Shown here piece after piece: positions 11,911-24,659 of a DNA stretch of 64,000 nt. The translations under genes were made by a program, and so were the position numbers. Origin of the DNA: Octopus sinensis (Eukaryota). The stretch is from positions 42,110,464-42,174,463 of the forward strand of contig NC_043011.1 of NCBI RefSeq assembly GCF_006345805.1, written 5' to 3'. The stretch's first letter is position 1; each line of letters opens with the position of its first letter. The notes beneath the pieces were generated by a model, which was not told the DNA's origin, made no database searches, and saw only the letters and a program-made list of their open reading frames with translations.

Positions 11911-13126
11911 AATATCACTGAGGTTGACTTAGCTTTTCATCTTTTTAGGATCAATAAAATAAAGTACTGGTCAAGTACTGGAATCAATATAATCAACTAC
12001 CCCCTCCCCAATTGCTAGCTTTGTACCAAAATTTGGAAAAATATTTATTTTATTGACCTCAAAAGGATAAAAGGCAGAGTTGATTGAAGTGGGATTTGAA
12101 CTCAGAATGTAAAGTGATGTAAGCTATTTTGTTGGATGTTCTACCATTCTGTCACTCAGCACCTTTTATCTCCATTAAAACTCAAATAACCATGAAACAA
12201 CAGCAATTAGGAGTAGGTATGGTTGTGTAGTTTAGAACTCTTTCACAATCATACAGTTTCCGGTTCAATACCGCTGTGAAGTATCCTTAGCAAGTGTGTC
12301 TTCTACATAGTCTTCAGTCAACTAATGTCTTACAAATAGAATTTGATAGATGGAAACTGTATAGAAGCCCTGTGTATGTATGTGTGTTTGTATCTTTTGC
12401 CACTTTTTATCAATGAATGAAATAACTGAGCAAGAAAGACAAAAAAAAAACAGTGTTTTATGTACAATCAATCCTTTTTCACCACCCACTATTTCTAGGG
12501 GGCACCTACTCTTTAGGGTCTAATCAGAGGCAACCATTATTACACCTTCTGGCAGGATTCCCAAGCATGATCATGTGACACTATGGATATTAATCCAATC
12601 ACTTAATTTTTGGTCTACCCCCTAGCTTTCCTGCTGGTTGGATTGGCTTGAAGAATCCATTTTGCCATACTTTTTTTTTGCAACATTCTAATCACATCTG
12701 TTGTACAAGAGCTGTGACCTCTCAATGCAGAGAATTAGCAGCTCAACCTGAAGAGACTCCCTGATCTCTCAGCTACACTACCTGTTGAGTTAGATTACTC
12801 CATAGATTCTTTGGAGAAGCTCCATGCAATCCACTTGTATTTGCAATCATATTCTTTTGGTCATTCCCTGACATTCATGACCATGGGTGAGGATAGGCAT
12901 GAAAACTAAATTCAAGATAATAAATTTGGCCTTTTTTACCAAAGTTCCTTATGATATTTGTTCTGCACTGAGTTGGATACATTCCCTTGTCACTTTCCCC
13001 ATCAAGGTTGTACTTGATCAGTGATTAGACCATTGGAATGCCAGAACCAGTGACTATTTTATTCAAAAATTAAATAAAAAAAAATATTTCTGGAGCAGAA
13101 CTGATCTGGATGCTGCAAGCATTCAA

Positions 13127-13388
13127 GCAAATGCTTCTCAACTGGGGTCCATACGGCTCTTGGGAGCTATATGACCCTTAGGGGTCCACATAAGATTTCG
13201 TGGTTAAACTGGTTATACTTCTACAATCCACAAAATATTTTAACAATTTTTATTAATTACAGTTCCTAATAAAAAAACAATTCTAAAAATATAATAGGAT
13301 TTTTAAAAAATCAAATGTGCATGAGGGTCCATCTGAGTAAAACAGAAATGAAAGGGGTCCATAAGTTAAAAATGGTTGAGAACCACAT
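13127..13388. mobile_element. hAT-type non-autonomous element
   Basis: Degenerate TIRs (gcttctcaactgggg ... ggttgagaaccac) resemble the CAGTGGTTCTCAAC consensus, and there are internal ggggtcc repeats. No clean TSD. Confidence 0.5.
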
Positions 13389-13514
13389 TTGAAACCATTC
13401 TTGACAAATGTTCAGGTTGAATGATGGCAGCATTAATCTCACCAGTCTTGGAGCAGAGCCTGCAATGGTCATGACATTGTCCTTTCCCTTTCACAATTAA
13501 TTTATGTTACCTTT

Positions 13515-13840
13515 TTTTTTTTTTTGCTTGCTTCAGTCACTGGATTGCAGCCATGCTGGACCACTGACCTGAAAGGTTTAGTCAATTAAAAATCAACCTT
13601 AGTGCTTGTTTTAAGTGTTCTTTTACTCTATTGATATCTTTTTGCTAGGCTGCTAGGTTACAAGAGTGTAAAAACACACACACACTCAAATGGTCTTCCT
13701 TGTACCAAATTCATTCACCAAGGCATTGGTCAGTCTGAGGCCGTAGTGGAAGACATATCCAAGTCGCTACACAATGGGACTGAAGCCAAATCTGATGGTT
13801 GCCAAGCAAAATTTGTTAACCACATAGCTATGCTTGCACC
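13515..13840 (-). mobile_element. SINE family A, degenerate copy
   Basis: The tail (cttcagtcactggattgcagccatgctgg) and head (ccacatagctatgcttgcacc) are recognisable. Confidence 0.65.
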
Positions 13841-14311
13841 TCCATGTTCTGATAGCCATTTTAGAAAGTGAGTGGTGGAACAATAAATTGGTTTCTCCAT
13901 GAACAAAACAAATCCGTTAACCCTTTTGTTATCAGATTTCTATAGAAATACACATCCTTTGTTTCAATTGTTTTTGAAAATAATCAAGAATTTAGTAAAA
14001 TAATTTCGTCATTATTAATCTGGCGTTTAGACCATAAAATTACAATAAGATTCTGATGGAAGGTTTTAATTCAGATTACTTTAAAACAAGAGGTTTGTAT
14101 CATAAAATGACAGGAGGTCATGAGTGGGTTGGTATTAGAATGAACAATACTAAATGCCAGAATAATGACTTCGACTTTCATTATCTCTTTGTTGCAAGCA
14201 ACACTGAAGGCTTAAATAGATAAGTCGGTAGTGTGTATATGGAAATGGGGAAACAAACCGTTTTTTTTATAAAAATAAATATGTTTCACTGACCTTCCTG
14301 CGCTCCACAAA

Positions 14312-14357
<46 letters not shown>

Positions 14358-14532
14358 ACTACTACTTATCTGTTAAAGCCTTCCTTGTGTTTGTAACAAT
14401 AAGACAGAAACCAATGTCACAAACGAAACTGTAAAAACAATTCTCTGTTATGAAATCCTGTGATGTATGTATGTGTGTGTTTGTATCTGCATGTGTGTTT
14501 ATTCATTCTCTTCCCATATAGTGTGTATGTAT

Positions 14533-14567
<35 letters not shown>

Positions 14568-14781
14568 CATGCACAATAATGCTGCAATACATATTTTGTC
14601 CAATCCATGCTAGCATGGAAAATAAACATAAAACAATTGAATCTGCAATGAGACTGAACCCAAAACCATGTGGTTGGGAAGTAAACATTCTTGACCACAC
14701 AGCCAAATTGGCATCATGTGCATGAGGTTTACATTTATACAGACATACATAGCCACACTGATTTGAAACTGAATATCCATT

Positions 14782-15325
14782 GATGCAGGAGTGGCTGTGT
14801 GGTAAGAAGTTAACTTCTTGACCACATGATTCCAGGTGACACCTTGGACAAATATCTTCTTTTAAAGCCTTGTAAGTGGATTTGCTTTTTTTCAAAGACA
14901 ATTGTATGTATACTCTTTTACTCTTTCACATGTTGCAGTCATTTGGCTGCGGCCATGCTGGAGTACCACCTTTAATTGAAGAAATCAACCCCAGGAATTA
15001 TTCTTTGTAAGCCTAGTACTTATTTTATCAGTCTCTTTTGCCAAATTGCTAAGTTTTGGGGACATATAACACACCAACATTGGTTGTCAAGAGATGATGG
15101 GGTGGGGACAAGCACAAAGTTGTGGCAGATACTGGTGTCATGCACCTATGCCACATGCCAACGGCAAGTAAAAGCACCCATTACCCTCTCGGAGTGGTTG
15201 GCATTAGGAAGGGCATCCAGCCGTAGTAAACCATGCCAAATCAGACTGGATCCTGGTGCAGCCTTCCAATATGCCAACCCATGTCAGCATGGACAACTGA
15301 CATTAAATAATGATGATGATGATGA
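14782..15325. mobile_element. Cluster: SINE A 5' part (+), SINE A 3' part (-, about 14913-15110), RTE tail (+, about 15150-15325)
   Basis: Motif matches to the SINE A and RTE tail sequences found elsewhere in the window. Confidence 0.7.
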
Positions 15326-15687
15326 TGAGTAACAATAGAGGTACAGGTGTCAATCCATTACGGCCGTTTCTAACGACTTCTTTAATTGATTAATGAACTT
15401 CAGAATAAAGGACATTCAAAATGATTTAACATAGTTTAAAATCCACAGAGCAAAAGCATTTAGGTGATTTCTGTCAACTGAGATAGTAGCAGAATCGCTC
15501 TAAATGATTTTGCTCTGTGAATTTTAAACTATGTTAAATCATTTTGAATATCCCTAATTTTGAAGTTCATGAATTCACCTGATGAAAATGGTTTCTTTAC
15601 AATGATGTAATGTTTTCATTAATCAAGTAAAGGAGTCGTTAGAAACAGCCATAATGGATTGACACCTGTACCTCTATTGTTACTCAT
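15325..15687. mobile_element. Fold-back element (near-complete imperfect palindrome)
   Basis: Arms atgagtaacaatagaggtacaggtgtcaatccatta... and ...taatggattgacacctgtacctctattgttactcat pair almost to the centre. About 40 bp extra sit in the right arm. Confidence 0.75.
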
Positions 15688-16406
15688 TTATAATTTATAT
15701 ATGTGTGTGTGTGCTTGCACGCGTATCTTTGTGTCTGTGCTTGTCCCCCACTGACATTGTTAGTTGTTACAGGAAGTCTGTAACTTGGCAAAAGAGACTG
15801 ATAGAATAATAGGGCTTTAAAAAGATGAAGCGTTGGTGTCTGCTTGTTTGACTAAACCCTTAGGTGGTACCCCAGCATGGCCACACTCCTATGACTGAAA
15901 CAAGTAAAAGTATGCCATACACACGCAGACAACACACACATGCATGTACGCACACATGCACATACGCGTGCGTATGAAATATTTGTTTCCCTAAGCTGAG
16001 TGTGTAGAATCCTGCGTGCAGTCGGTAGGAGTGGCAGAGGAAGCTATGGAGTTAGCTATCCTCTGTAAACAGAAAACAGTAGGGACCAAAACGTATAAGG
16101 AGTGGACACTGGATAAGTGGTGATGGTGGTGAAAGGGGAGTAGGTAAATATTCCGGAAAAGTCTTGTAGAAATATTTAAAACCAGAGTCATTTGGCAGGG
16201 AACAGTGATAGAGAGAGTCATATATAAACATCATTGGTGGCGGTTGTTGTAGGGAATTGTCACCGAGCAAATCCTTAGCTATTTCCTAACGTTTAGTCAT
16301 GTTTTCTTTATACAAACGCCAACCCCCAGCTCACACACGCTCACATCTAGAGGAGATATATACATACTATGTGTGTGTGTGTGTGTATATATACATACAT
16401 ATATAT

Positions 16407-16740
16407 ATAAAATATTATTTGAGACAAAACCACTATTTTGCAAAACAAACAAGGAAAGACTTAATCAATACATAAAATTTAATAAATTTGTAACTTCATA
16501 ATTTGTAACTGAATTATTGGAAGTCCACCTGAAGATTGTCGATCAAGACAAGAAACGATTGTAGTGGCGGTTTTTTTGACTATTTATTAATTTTATGTAT
16601 TGATTAAGTCTTTCCTTGTTTTTTTTGCAAAATAGTGGGTTTGTCTCAATAATATTTTATAATATTTACTATAAAATTGGATTTAATCCTAAATCTGATT
16701 TTTTTTCCCTGTAAATTTGGATATTCCTAATATTTATTAT
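16407..16740 (+). mobile_element. Fold-back mini-element in (TA)n: about 80-bp inverted arms, hammerhead in the loop, about 80-bp 3' extension
   Basis: Arms 16407-16488 and 16582-16659 are reverse complements with few mismatches. The loop contains a hammerhead core. Confidence 0.75.
16525..16567 (+). ncRNA. Minimal type I hammerhead ribozyme
   Basis: CCAC-CTGAAGA-TTGTC-gatcaa-GACAA-GAAA-C-gatt-GT-A-GTGG gives stem I of 4 bp, the conserved CUGANGA, stem II of 5 bp, GAAA, stem III of 2 bp and a GUA cleavage site after 16563. Confidence 0.7.
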
Positions 16741-16798
<58 letters not shown>

Positions 16799-17039
16799 CA
16801 CACATATAATACACATGCACGCACGCACGCACACACACACACACACAAGTTATATATATGTATAAATGTACATATATGCGTACTCTGTTTTCATTGTGTA
16901 TACACACAGCAACCCATGTAGATACTGAAAGCAAGAAGGTAAAGTAATATGTAGTGTGGCTGTGGTATGGTTGTTATTGCAGTTGTTCTTTGGTGATGAC
17001 AAGGATGGCATGTGTGATAATGATGATGGAAATAATATA

Positions 17040-17070
<31 letters not shown>

Positions 17071-17261
17071 GGTAGTGGTGGTGGTGGTGATTATGGTGAT
17101 GGGGGAGAAGAAGTAGGATTTAAAAAGAAAGCAGAGACATGTGTATTGCTGTTGTTTTACTGCTTAAGTTTAAGGAAGTGGAAGGTTTGTAGTCTTACAA
17201 AAGAAAAGATTCTTTTATTATCTGCCCCCCTCCCCAAAAAAAAGATGCTTTTTATCTTTTA

Positions 17262-17657
17262 TTCTTTTACTTGTTTCAATCGTTTGGATTTGGCCATGCT
17301 GGGGCACCGCCTTGAATGGTTTTTGGTCAAACAAATCAACCCCAGGACTTATTTTGTTTTAAGCCTAGTACTTATTCTAATGGTCACTTTTGCTGAATCA
17401 CTAAGTTACAGGAACGTAAACAAACCAACAGCGGTTGTCAAATGGTTGTGGGGAACAAACACACATATAAAGACACGTGCATACACACACACATACACAC
17501 AATGAGCTTTTTTCAGTTTCTGTCAACCAAATCGATTCACAAGGCTTTGGTTGACCCAGGGCTATAATAGAAGATGCTTGCTCCAGGTGCTATGCAGAGA
17601 CTGAACCCAGAACCATATGGTTGGGAAACAAACTACTTACTACACAGCCATGCCTGC
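17262..17657 (-). mobile_element. SINE family A, older copy
   Basis: Full head-to-tail match to SINE A with CpG decay. Confidence 0.85.
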
Positions 17658-17918
17658 ACATAATGAAATAATGATACAAAAAAAATGTGGCAAAGGAAAT
17701 AACTGATGGCATGAATTTAAATAAGCAGTGATGGATTGAATGATGTATGTAAACAATTTGTCAATAAATCTAAATTTACCTTTTAGTTGGAGAAAGACAA
17801 CAATACCTGGTGGTATTGGAGAAAGACAACAATACTGAGTTGTTTGAAGCTTGTGTTGGACATTTCGAATTTTTTCTTTTTTTTTTTATATAAAACCAAA
17901 GAAAAATATTGTTTTAAC

Positions 17919-20446
17919 ATGGAGAACTTGTTGGCCTCTGTGGTGCAGTTGTAACAACAACAACAAAATCAACAGTTGCTGGAATTAAAGTTGAAGAAGT
18001 CGGAAAATACTGCAGGTTCTTACTTGCTAGACAGCATAGCAAATCCAATTGAAGAATTCTGTTATAAATCAGAGGAAGGGATCACCTTCTCTGCATATTT
18101 TCAAAGATACAGAGAAATCTTCAAAAAAGAATGTAAAAATTGGATGGACAAGAAAAAAAAAAAGATGTAAAGTGGAATTGGTCTGAAAATTGTCAGAAGG
18201 CATTTGATGAAATTGAAAAAATATTAACATCTGATTTGGCCTTAGCACACTTTGATCCTGTAGCAGAGATTGTTGTAACTTCAGATGTCTCTGAGTATGG
18301 TATCAGAGCAGTAATGGTGCGTAAATATAAAGATGGTAACATGAAGGCAGTGGTTCATGCTTCACACTCTCTGATATCAGCAGAGAAAAATTATAGTCAA
18401 ATCAAAAAAGAAGCTTTGACAGTTATTTTGGCTGTGAGAAAATTTCACAGATTTTTACACAGTAGAAGCTTTTGACTACAGACTGATCATCATCCATTAT
18501 TATCAATATTTGGGTCAAAGAAAGGAATCCCTACCCATACTGCTAATAGGTTGCAATGCTAGGGTATGATATTATTAAACTATGATTTCAAGATGGAGTA
18601 TATACCCTCCAAGAAATTGGGTCACGCTGATTGTCTGTGAAGACTAATTTTAAAAAATATGGAATCATTTGAAGATACTGTGATTGCTGCTTTGCAAGTG
18701 GAAAATGAAATGCAAAATATTTTGTGTAATGTCATTCGTGAACTGCCAGTTAGTTTACAAGGTATAAAATTGAAATCCAAAAACGATAATGAAAGAAATG
18801 TTGACGGCTAAAAGAAATAAAAATATGTGCAACACAAATGCAAACCCATTCTCAGTGTGTGGCAATGCGTTGGTGTATGCACAGAGTCATAGTGCCAGCC
18901 ACACTACAGAATCGATTACTAAAGGAATTTCACATTGGTCACCCAGGGATTTCTAGAATGAAATGATTAATGAGAAGTTATGTATATTGGCAACAATGGA
19001 GTGTGACATTGAAGAAATGGTGAAAGCATGCAGAGGGTGTGCCCTAGCTGCAAAAATATGTACCACTAAAAGGCAACTGTGGCCAAAAATAGATATTCCA
19101 TGGTCCAGACTGCATGTTGATTATGCGGATCCTCTTAAGGGTTCATATTACCTTGTTGTGGTGGACAGTTTTTCAAAGTGGCCCAAAGTGCATAATTGTA
19201 TAAAGCTGACATCTGCAGTTACAGTTTTTTACACAAATTGTTTGCGAGATATGGTATTCCTGATACCATTGTGTCTGATAATGGAACTCAGTTTACTTCA
19301 GATGAGTTCAGAAAATTTTGTAAAATGTTTGTTATCAAACATGTCACCACTCTGTCCTATCATCCTAGCTCAAATGGACACACATAAATAATTTTGTTGA
19401 TACTTTCAAGAGAGCATTGTAAAAGGCAAACAATGAGTAATGGATGACCTTGCACTTCAAAAATTTCTAAGAGTGTATCAAGTAACACTTAATCCAATAC
19501 CCCATCTGGAATGTCACCCACAGAATTGATGTTTGCTAGAAAGATCAGATCCACTTTTGATAAAATGATATCAAGTAAAAAAGCAAACAACAAAAATACT
19601 TCAAAATTCTTCAAGTTAGGTGACAAAATTTTTTTTAAACCTATAGATATGGAAAAGAAAGGTGGGAGTGTTATTCCTGGTAAAAGGAAAAAATGTTGAA
19701 CATAAAAAGACATATTAACCAACTTAAAAAAAGATTCACGGAAAAAAGAGTGATGAGAAATGAAATCCCCATGGAAGTATTTGTATGACACATTTGAGGT
19801 ACCAACACCCAAACAACACCAGAAAATTGAAAAGAACAGAAACACTGGAATTGAACCCTAAGTGTAAGAGATATTAAAACTCTGAGCGGGGTTTAATTTT
19901 CAAAAGAGAGAAGTTAGGAGAGACTAATTCTAAAAAGAGATGTTGTGGAAGAATTCCAACCACCCTCATGTGACTAGAAGTGGACTGACACATCTCTATT
20001 AAACTGACCTTCCCCACTGCTTCCTTAAATTATTTATCCAACTCCTGGATATAAAAAATATATTCAATGAAAGCAGCATTGAAAAGCTAAGATTCACGGA
20101 AAAAAGAGTGATGAGAAATGAAATCCCCATGGAAGTATTTGTATGACACATTTGAGGTACCAACACCCAAACAACACCAGAAAATTGAAAAGAACAGAAA
20201 CACTGGAATTGAACCCTAAGTGTAAGAGATATTAAAACTCTGAGCGGAGTTTAATTTTCAAAAGAGAGAAGTTAGGAGAGACTAATTCTAAAAAGAGATG
20301 TTGTGGAAGAATTCCAACCACCCTCATGTGACTAGAAGTGGACTGACACATCTCTATTAAACTGACCTTCCCCACTGCTTCCTTAAATTATTTATCCAAC
20401 TCCTGGATATAAAAAATATATTCAATGAAAGCAGCATTGAAAAGCT
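17919..20446 (+). mobile_element. Degenerate, internally deleted Ty3/Gypsy retrotransposon (gag start, RNase H, integrase)
   Basis: Gag-like NPIEEFCYKSEEGITFSAYFQRY; RNase H LAHFDPVAEIVVTSDVSEYGI...EKNYSQIKKEAL; integrase HHCC (HIGHPG...C..C) and core WSRLHVDYA...VVVDSFSKWP, FARYGIPDTIVSDNGTQFTS...YHPSSNG. There are many stops and frameshifts, and RT is missing. Confidence 0.92.
19731..20446 (+). repeat. 358-bp tandem duplication at the 3' end of the Gypsy element
   Basis: 19731-20088 and 20089-20446 are identical except for one substitution that I could see. Confidence 0.92.
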
Positions 20447-20577
20447 ATTTAGAAATAATTCTCTTGGACTTACTAAATAATAGAGTAACCGATAAATAAG
20501 ACTTCTTTATTCATTGTATGATTATATCTGGTTATCATTTTAATGTTAGTTACATGAAATATGTTAACTTTAAATTA

Positions 20578-20631
<54 letters not shown>

Positions 20632-22464
20632 GCATGGCTGTGTGGTAAGAAACTTGCTTCCCAACATGGTTCAGTTCCACAGTGTGACACCTTGTGAGTA
20701 GATTTGGTAGACAGAAACTGAAACAAGCCAGTAAAAGATAAAGGATTATTATCTATTTTCAAATGCAGCCTCCATGTCTTCTGACCATTCACCATAATAG
20801 GAATCTAAGAAGCTGATCAACCAGAACTCCAGTCTACACCCATTTTGAAAGTCTTGCAAAAGGTCATTGTTGGCACTGGCACCAGCTGTCCAGTCTCATG
20901 TGTACTGAGAGAGGTCACTAAGTAAGGATGGCCATTCTGGTGGCATTCATTTTTATTGGTTAAATACACAAAAAAAGACCAAAAAATGTAGATGTCAATT
21001 TGAATGAAACTCATAGAAATGAAGGTGGGGGGAGAGTGACCTGTAAAAATAATTATCTCTCCAGATGGTGGAAAGGAAATTCTTAGTGGTGGTGGTAGTG
21101 GTGGCAGTGGTAGTTGTTCTTGTTTCCTATTTTTAAAAGGAACATTAAGGAATTTACCCATCCCTAATTTCTCAGAAATCTCAAATCTGTGGTCAAACTG
21201 CCTTCTATGATATTTTTAGGTTGGGTTTTTATATTTATACTTATTCTTTATATTTTTAGTTCAAGAAAGAACAAGGAGTTGCAAAATTCTATCACACACC
21301 AGATTCATTAATTCTACATTCTTTGTGCAGGGAATGCCATCAAGGCATGGTTTTGAATTTCCAAGAGATAGGCATGAATGTCATACAATCTCATTTTCTT
21401 GCTCTTCTGAATCTGGGAAGGATACACAGACACACACACACACACATGCCTACACTCATACATACCAATGCAAGAAGTCAATTTGAATTAGTCATTCTAG
21501 AATTACAGAATTGAAAATAAAAGTAGGAAGTGAGTTAGCAAGAACAGTACCAAGTATGAGGGGGCTTCTATGTTGATCTGCTAAAAGTACCAGCCAAGTT
21601 TACCTCAAATCATACCTTACCATCCTTAAAAAACACATTGGATAATGTAGTCCTGTACACATTATGACTGACAAAAAAAACAGGATGGCCATGACTGGAT
21701 GCCTTTCATCATAAGCTTGCTGAATCAAGTCTCATTTATAGTAACTGATGAAACATCATCAACTACAACACTGCTACATCTGCCTTTTTGTGGTCGATCA
21801 AGATGCTAAAAATAGCAACCAAATCTCACTTAGATCCTACCATTAAAAAATGATTAGGATAATGTAATCCTAGACACATTTAGACATATATTTACACTGA
21901 CACACATAAACAGATTCTATATGGTCACTCAAAACACATTTGCTTTAAAACAGGAAGGACATATTGAATAATATAATCCTAGATGCACTACACCTGGATA
22001 ATGTGATTATAGTTTTACAACCGTATGAACATGAGAACATGAACTGTGTGAGTTCCGAATTTTTTTTCTTTTTTCTATAGACTGGATCACACCAATATTA
22101 AAGCTGTTGCTGTACAGACCCTAATTGGCTTGGTTCACATAGACCAGTATTATAGGGGTGACCAATCAAAAGATCTGAGCAGACCACTATTTAGATCCAC
22201 TGCACCAGATATGTCATGGTTTAATCTTTTATGAGAATACACTGCACATGGTAAAATACAATGTCATGATCAGTATTAATTCTTAAATTTCCAAGTTGGA
22301 TAATAAAATATATCCTGAAATGGATTTCAGTAGATGTGAATTAGTATCTACTCAAATGAATCAGCACTAGTCAAGAACAGAAAGAACTTCCCAGATTAGG
22401 ATTGTCCCGTAAAGGGTCCTTTACATCTCCAGTGATGCCATAGCAACTTAAAAAATGGTGTATA

Positions 22465-22856
22465 GGCGCAGGAGTGGCTGTGTGGTAAGTAGTTTGCTAA
22501 CCAACCACATGGTTCCGGGTTCAGTTCCACTGCGTGGCATCTTGGGCAAGTGTCTTCTGCTATAGCCCCGGGTCGACCAATGCCTTGTGAGTGGATTTGG
22601 TAGACAGAAACTGAAAGAAGCCTGTCGTATATATGTATATGTGTGTGTATGTGTTTGTGTGTCTGTGTTTGTCCCCCTAGCATTGCTTGACAACCGATGC
22701 TGGTGTGTTTACGTCCCCGTAACCTAGTGGTTCGGCAATAGAGACCGATAGAATAAGTACTGGGCTTACAAAGAATAAATCCCGGGGTCAATTTGCTCGA
22801 CTAAAGGCGGTGCTCCAGCATGGCCGCAGTCAAATGATTGAAACAAGTAAAAGAGT
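22465..22856 (+). mobile_element. SINE family A, young full-length copy
   Basis: tRNA-like head with A box (gtggctgtgtgg) and B box (gggttcagtcc), a CORE-like ttgggcaagtg segment, an internal (TA)/(TG) microsatellite, and tail ggtgctccagcatggccgcagtcaaatga.tgaaacaagtaaaaga. Confidence 0.92.
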
Positions 22857-23041
22857 ATTTCATGGAGTAATAAAATCAAATTTAAAGTCAGTCTGCTTCA
22901 GAATGCTTTGTGTTGGCATTTATATATATATATATATTTAAATAATGAGGGAGATAAATTGAATATTAATTTAATTACTATCAATTTAAAACCAGTAGCC
23001 TAGCATCTAAAAAATCTAAAAAGTCAGAAAAAATTTCAATA

Positions 23042-23227
23042 CATGTGTATATTTAGTGCTAAAAAACCACTAGGTGGATAGCCATATGCTATCTGTCTTG
23101 GCCGCCTATGTTCTGGTGTTCGCTGACTTTTCTCTGGAGAACATTCTTCCTTTGTAGTTAGATCGTATGTGATCTTCTAGCATATGGCTATCCACCTAGA
23201 GGCTTTTTAGCCCTAAATATACACATG
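23042..23227. mobile_element. 186-bp fold-back/MITE-like element, about 50-bp arms
   Basis: catgtgtatatttagtgctaaaaaaccactaggtggatagccatatgcta ... tagcatatggctatccacctagaggctttttagccctaaatatacacatg, flanked by TA on both sides. Confidence 0.7.
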
Positions 23228-23249
23228 TATATATATATAAGCACCAACC

Positions 23250-23585
23250 ATTCATGGCCGTTGCCAACCTTCCCTGGCACCTAAAAAGCACCATCCGTAC
23301 GTGGCCGATGCCAGCGCCGCCTTGACTGGCTACCGTGTAGGTGGCACGTAAAAACCACCAACCGATCGTGGCCGTTGCCAGCCTCCTCTGGCACTTGTGC
23401 CGGTGGCATGTAAAAAGCACCCACTACACTCACGGAGTAGTTGGCATTAGGAAAGGCATCCAGCTGTAGAAACACTGCCAGATCAGACTGGAGCCTGGTG
23501 CAGCCACCTGGCTTCCCAGACCCCGGTCGAACCATCCAACCCATGCTAGCATGGAAAACAGACATTAAACGATGATGATGATGAT
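23250..23585 (+). mobile_element. RTE 3'-UTR/tail, young copy
   Basis: Has the internal ggcacgtaaaaagcacc repeats, the tail motif and a (GAT)n end. Confidence 0.8.
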
Positions 23586-24659
23586 ATATATATATATACA
23601 TATATTTTTAAATATTCATTTCAATTTTTTTATAGACGTTTTATCATTTGAAGAAACGGCAGTTTGAAACAGTGGACTGATATGATCTTATTGAAGATTA
23701 GGCACAAACAATGAACACAGACAACATAGAGAGAATTTTTTAGTCTTTCAAGGAACAATGTAACCTCTCTAATGCTGGTTCCACTATAAAATGCTCTGAG
23801 TACATTCTGTAAATTGGTTGGCATCAGGAAAGGTATTCAGCCACAGAAACCTTGTCAAAATAGAACATATGAAAGGGCAGGCAATGTGGGATTTGACTGG
23901 ACCCTGAAGTTCTGGCTGGAAACCTCTTCCAGGTTAACTTCAACTTTCATTTTCTTGAGTTCGAAACCAATTATATCCTCAAAGGCTATGCTCCAGTATG
24001 GCCTCAATTCAATGACTGAAACCAGGGGAGTGTGTGTGTGAGCAAACTAGCAACTTTTTGATGATGGAAGAACATCTTGCTGAAATTTTTGATCAAACAT
24101 GAGAAGTATTTTAATGTTTATATTTAATGAGAACACCATCTCTCTCTCTCTTTCTCACATACACACGCACCCCTCTCCCCAGTGGGCAATAGGAATATTA
24201 GCCAGCTGCAACCACAGGCCACCATCACCCTCTCTCAAGAAACATCTGATCATAAATAGATTAAAGTAGATAAAGACTGCAATGATGAATGAATGTTTAA
24301 TGTGCTTGTCATATGTGAATCCACACCACTCTCACCACCATCATTGCCACCACCACCACCACTGTCGCTGCCGCCACCACAGTAATGCTGTACCTTCACA
24401 TTTCCTGTAATGCTATTTTCAGTTTTGCGTATTTTCCTTTTTTAAAAAATTTATTTTTATTCTGTGGTCACTGGTGGCCAAAAGTTATTTGAGATAATCA
24501 ATCATGAAGACATACTCGGTCAGTGAATTAGCAACTTGGGGATTTGGTTTAAACCTTTTACCACTATTCCATGTTTCTCTGTAGAGAACCTAAATTCTTC
24601 ACCTTTCACTTCCCTTGGTTTTTTGGAACAGATAACATTGTATGTGTATGTGTGTGTGT

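Noticed and set aside
15575-15650. CTGATGA in the 15.3-kb palindrome as a hammerhead core
   Set aside because: There is no properly spaced stem II/GAAA and no stem I.
17660-17840. Candidate 5' LTR and PBS of the Gypsy element (duplicated ggagaaagacaacaatac)
   Set aside because: It does not match the putative 3' LTR sequence at 19941/20299.
22465-22540. tRNA genes at SINE heads (also 35025 and 39880-39948)
   Set aside because: A and B boxes are present but there is no full cloverleaf, and each continues into SINE body sequence.
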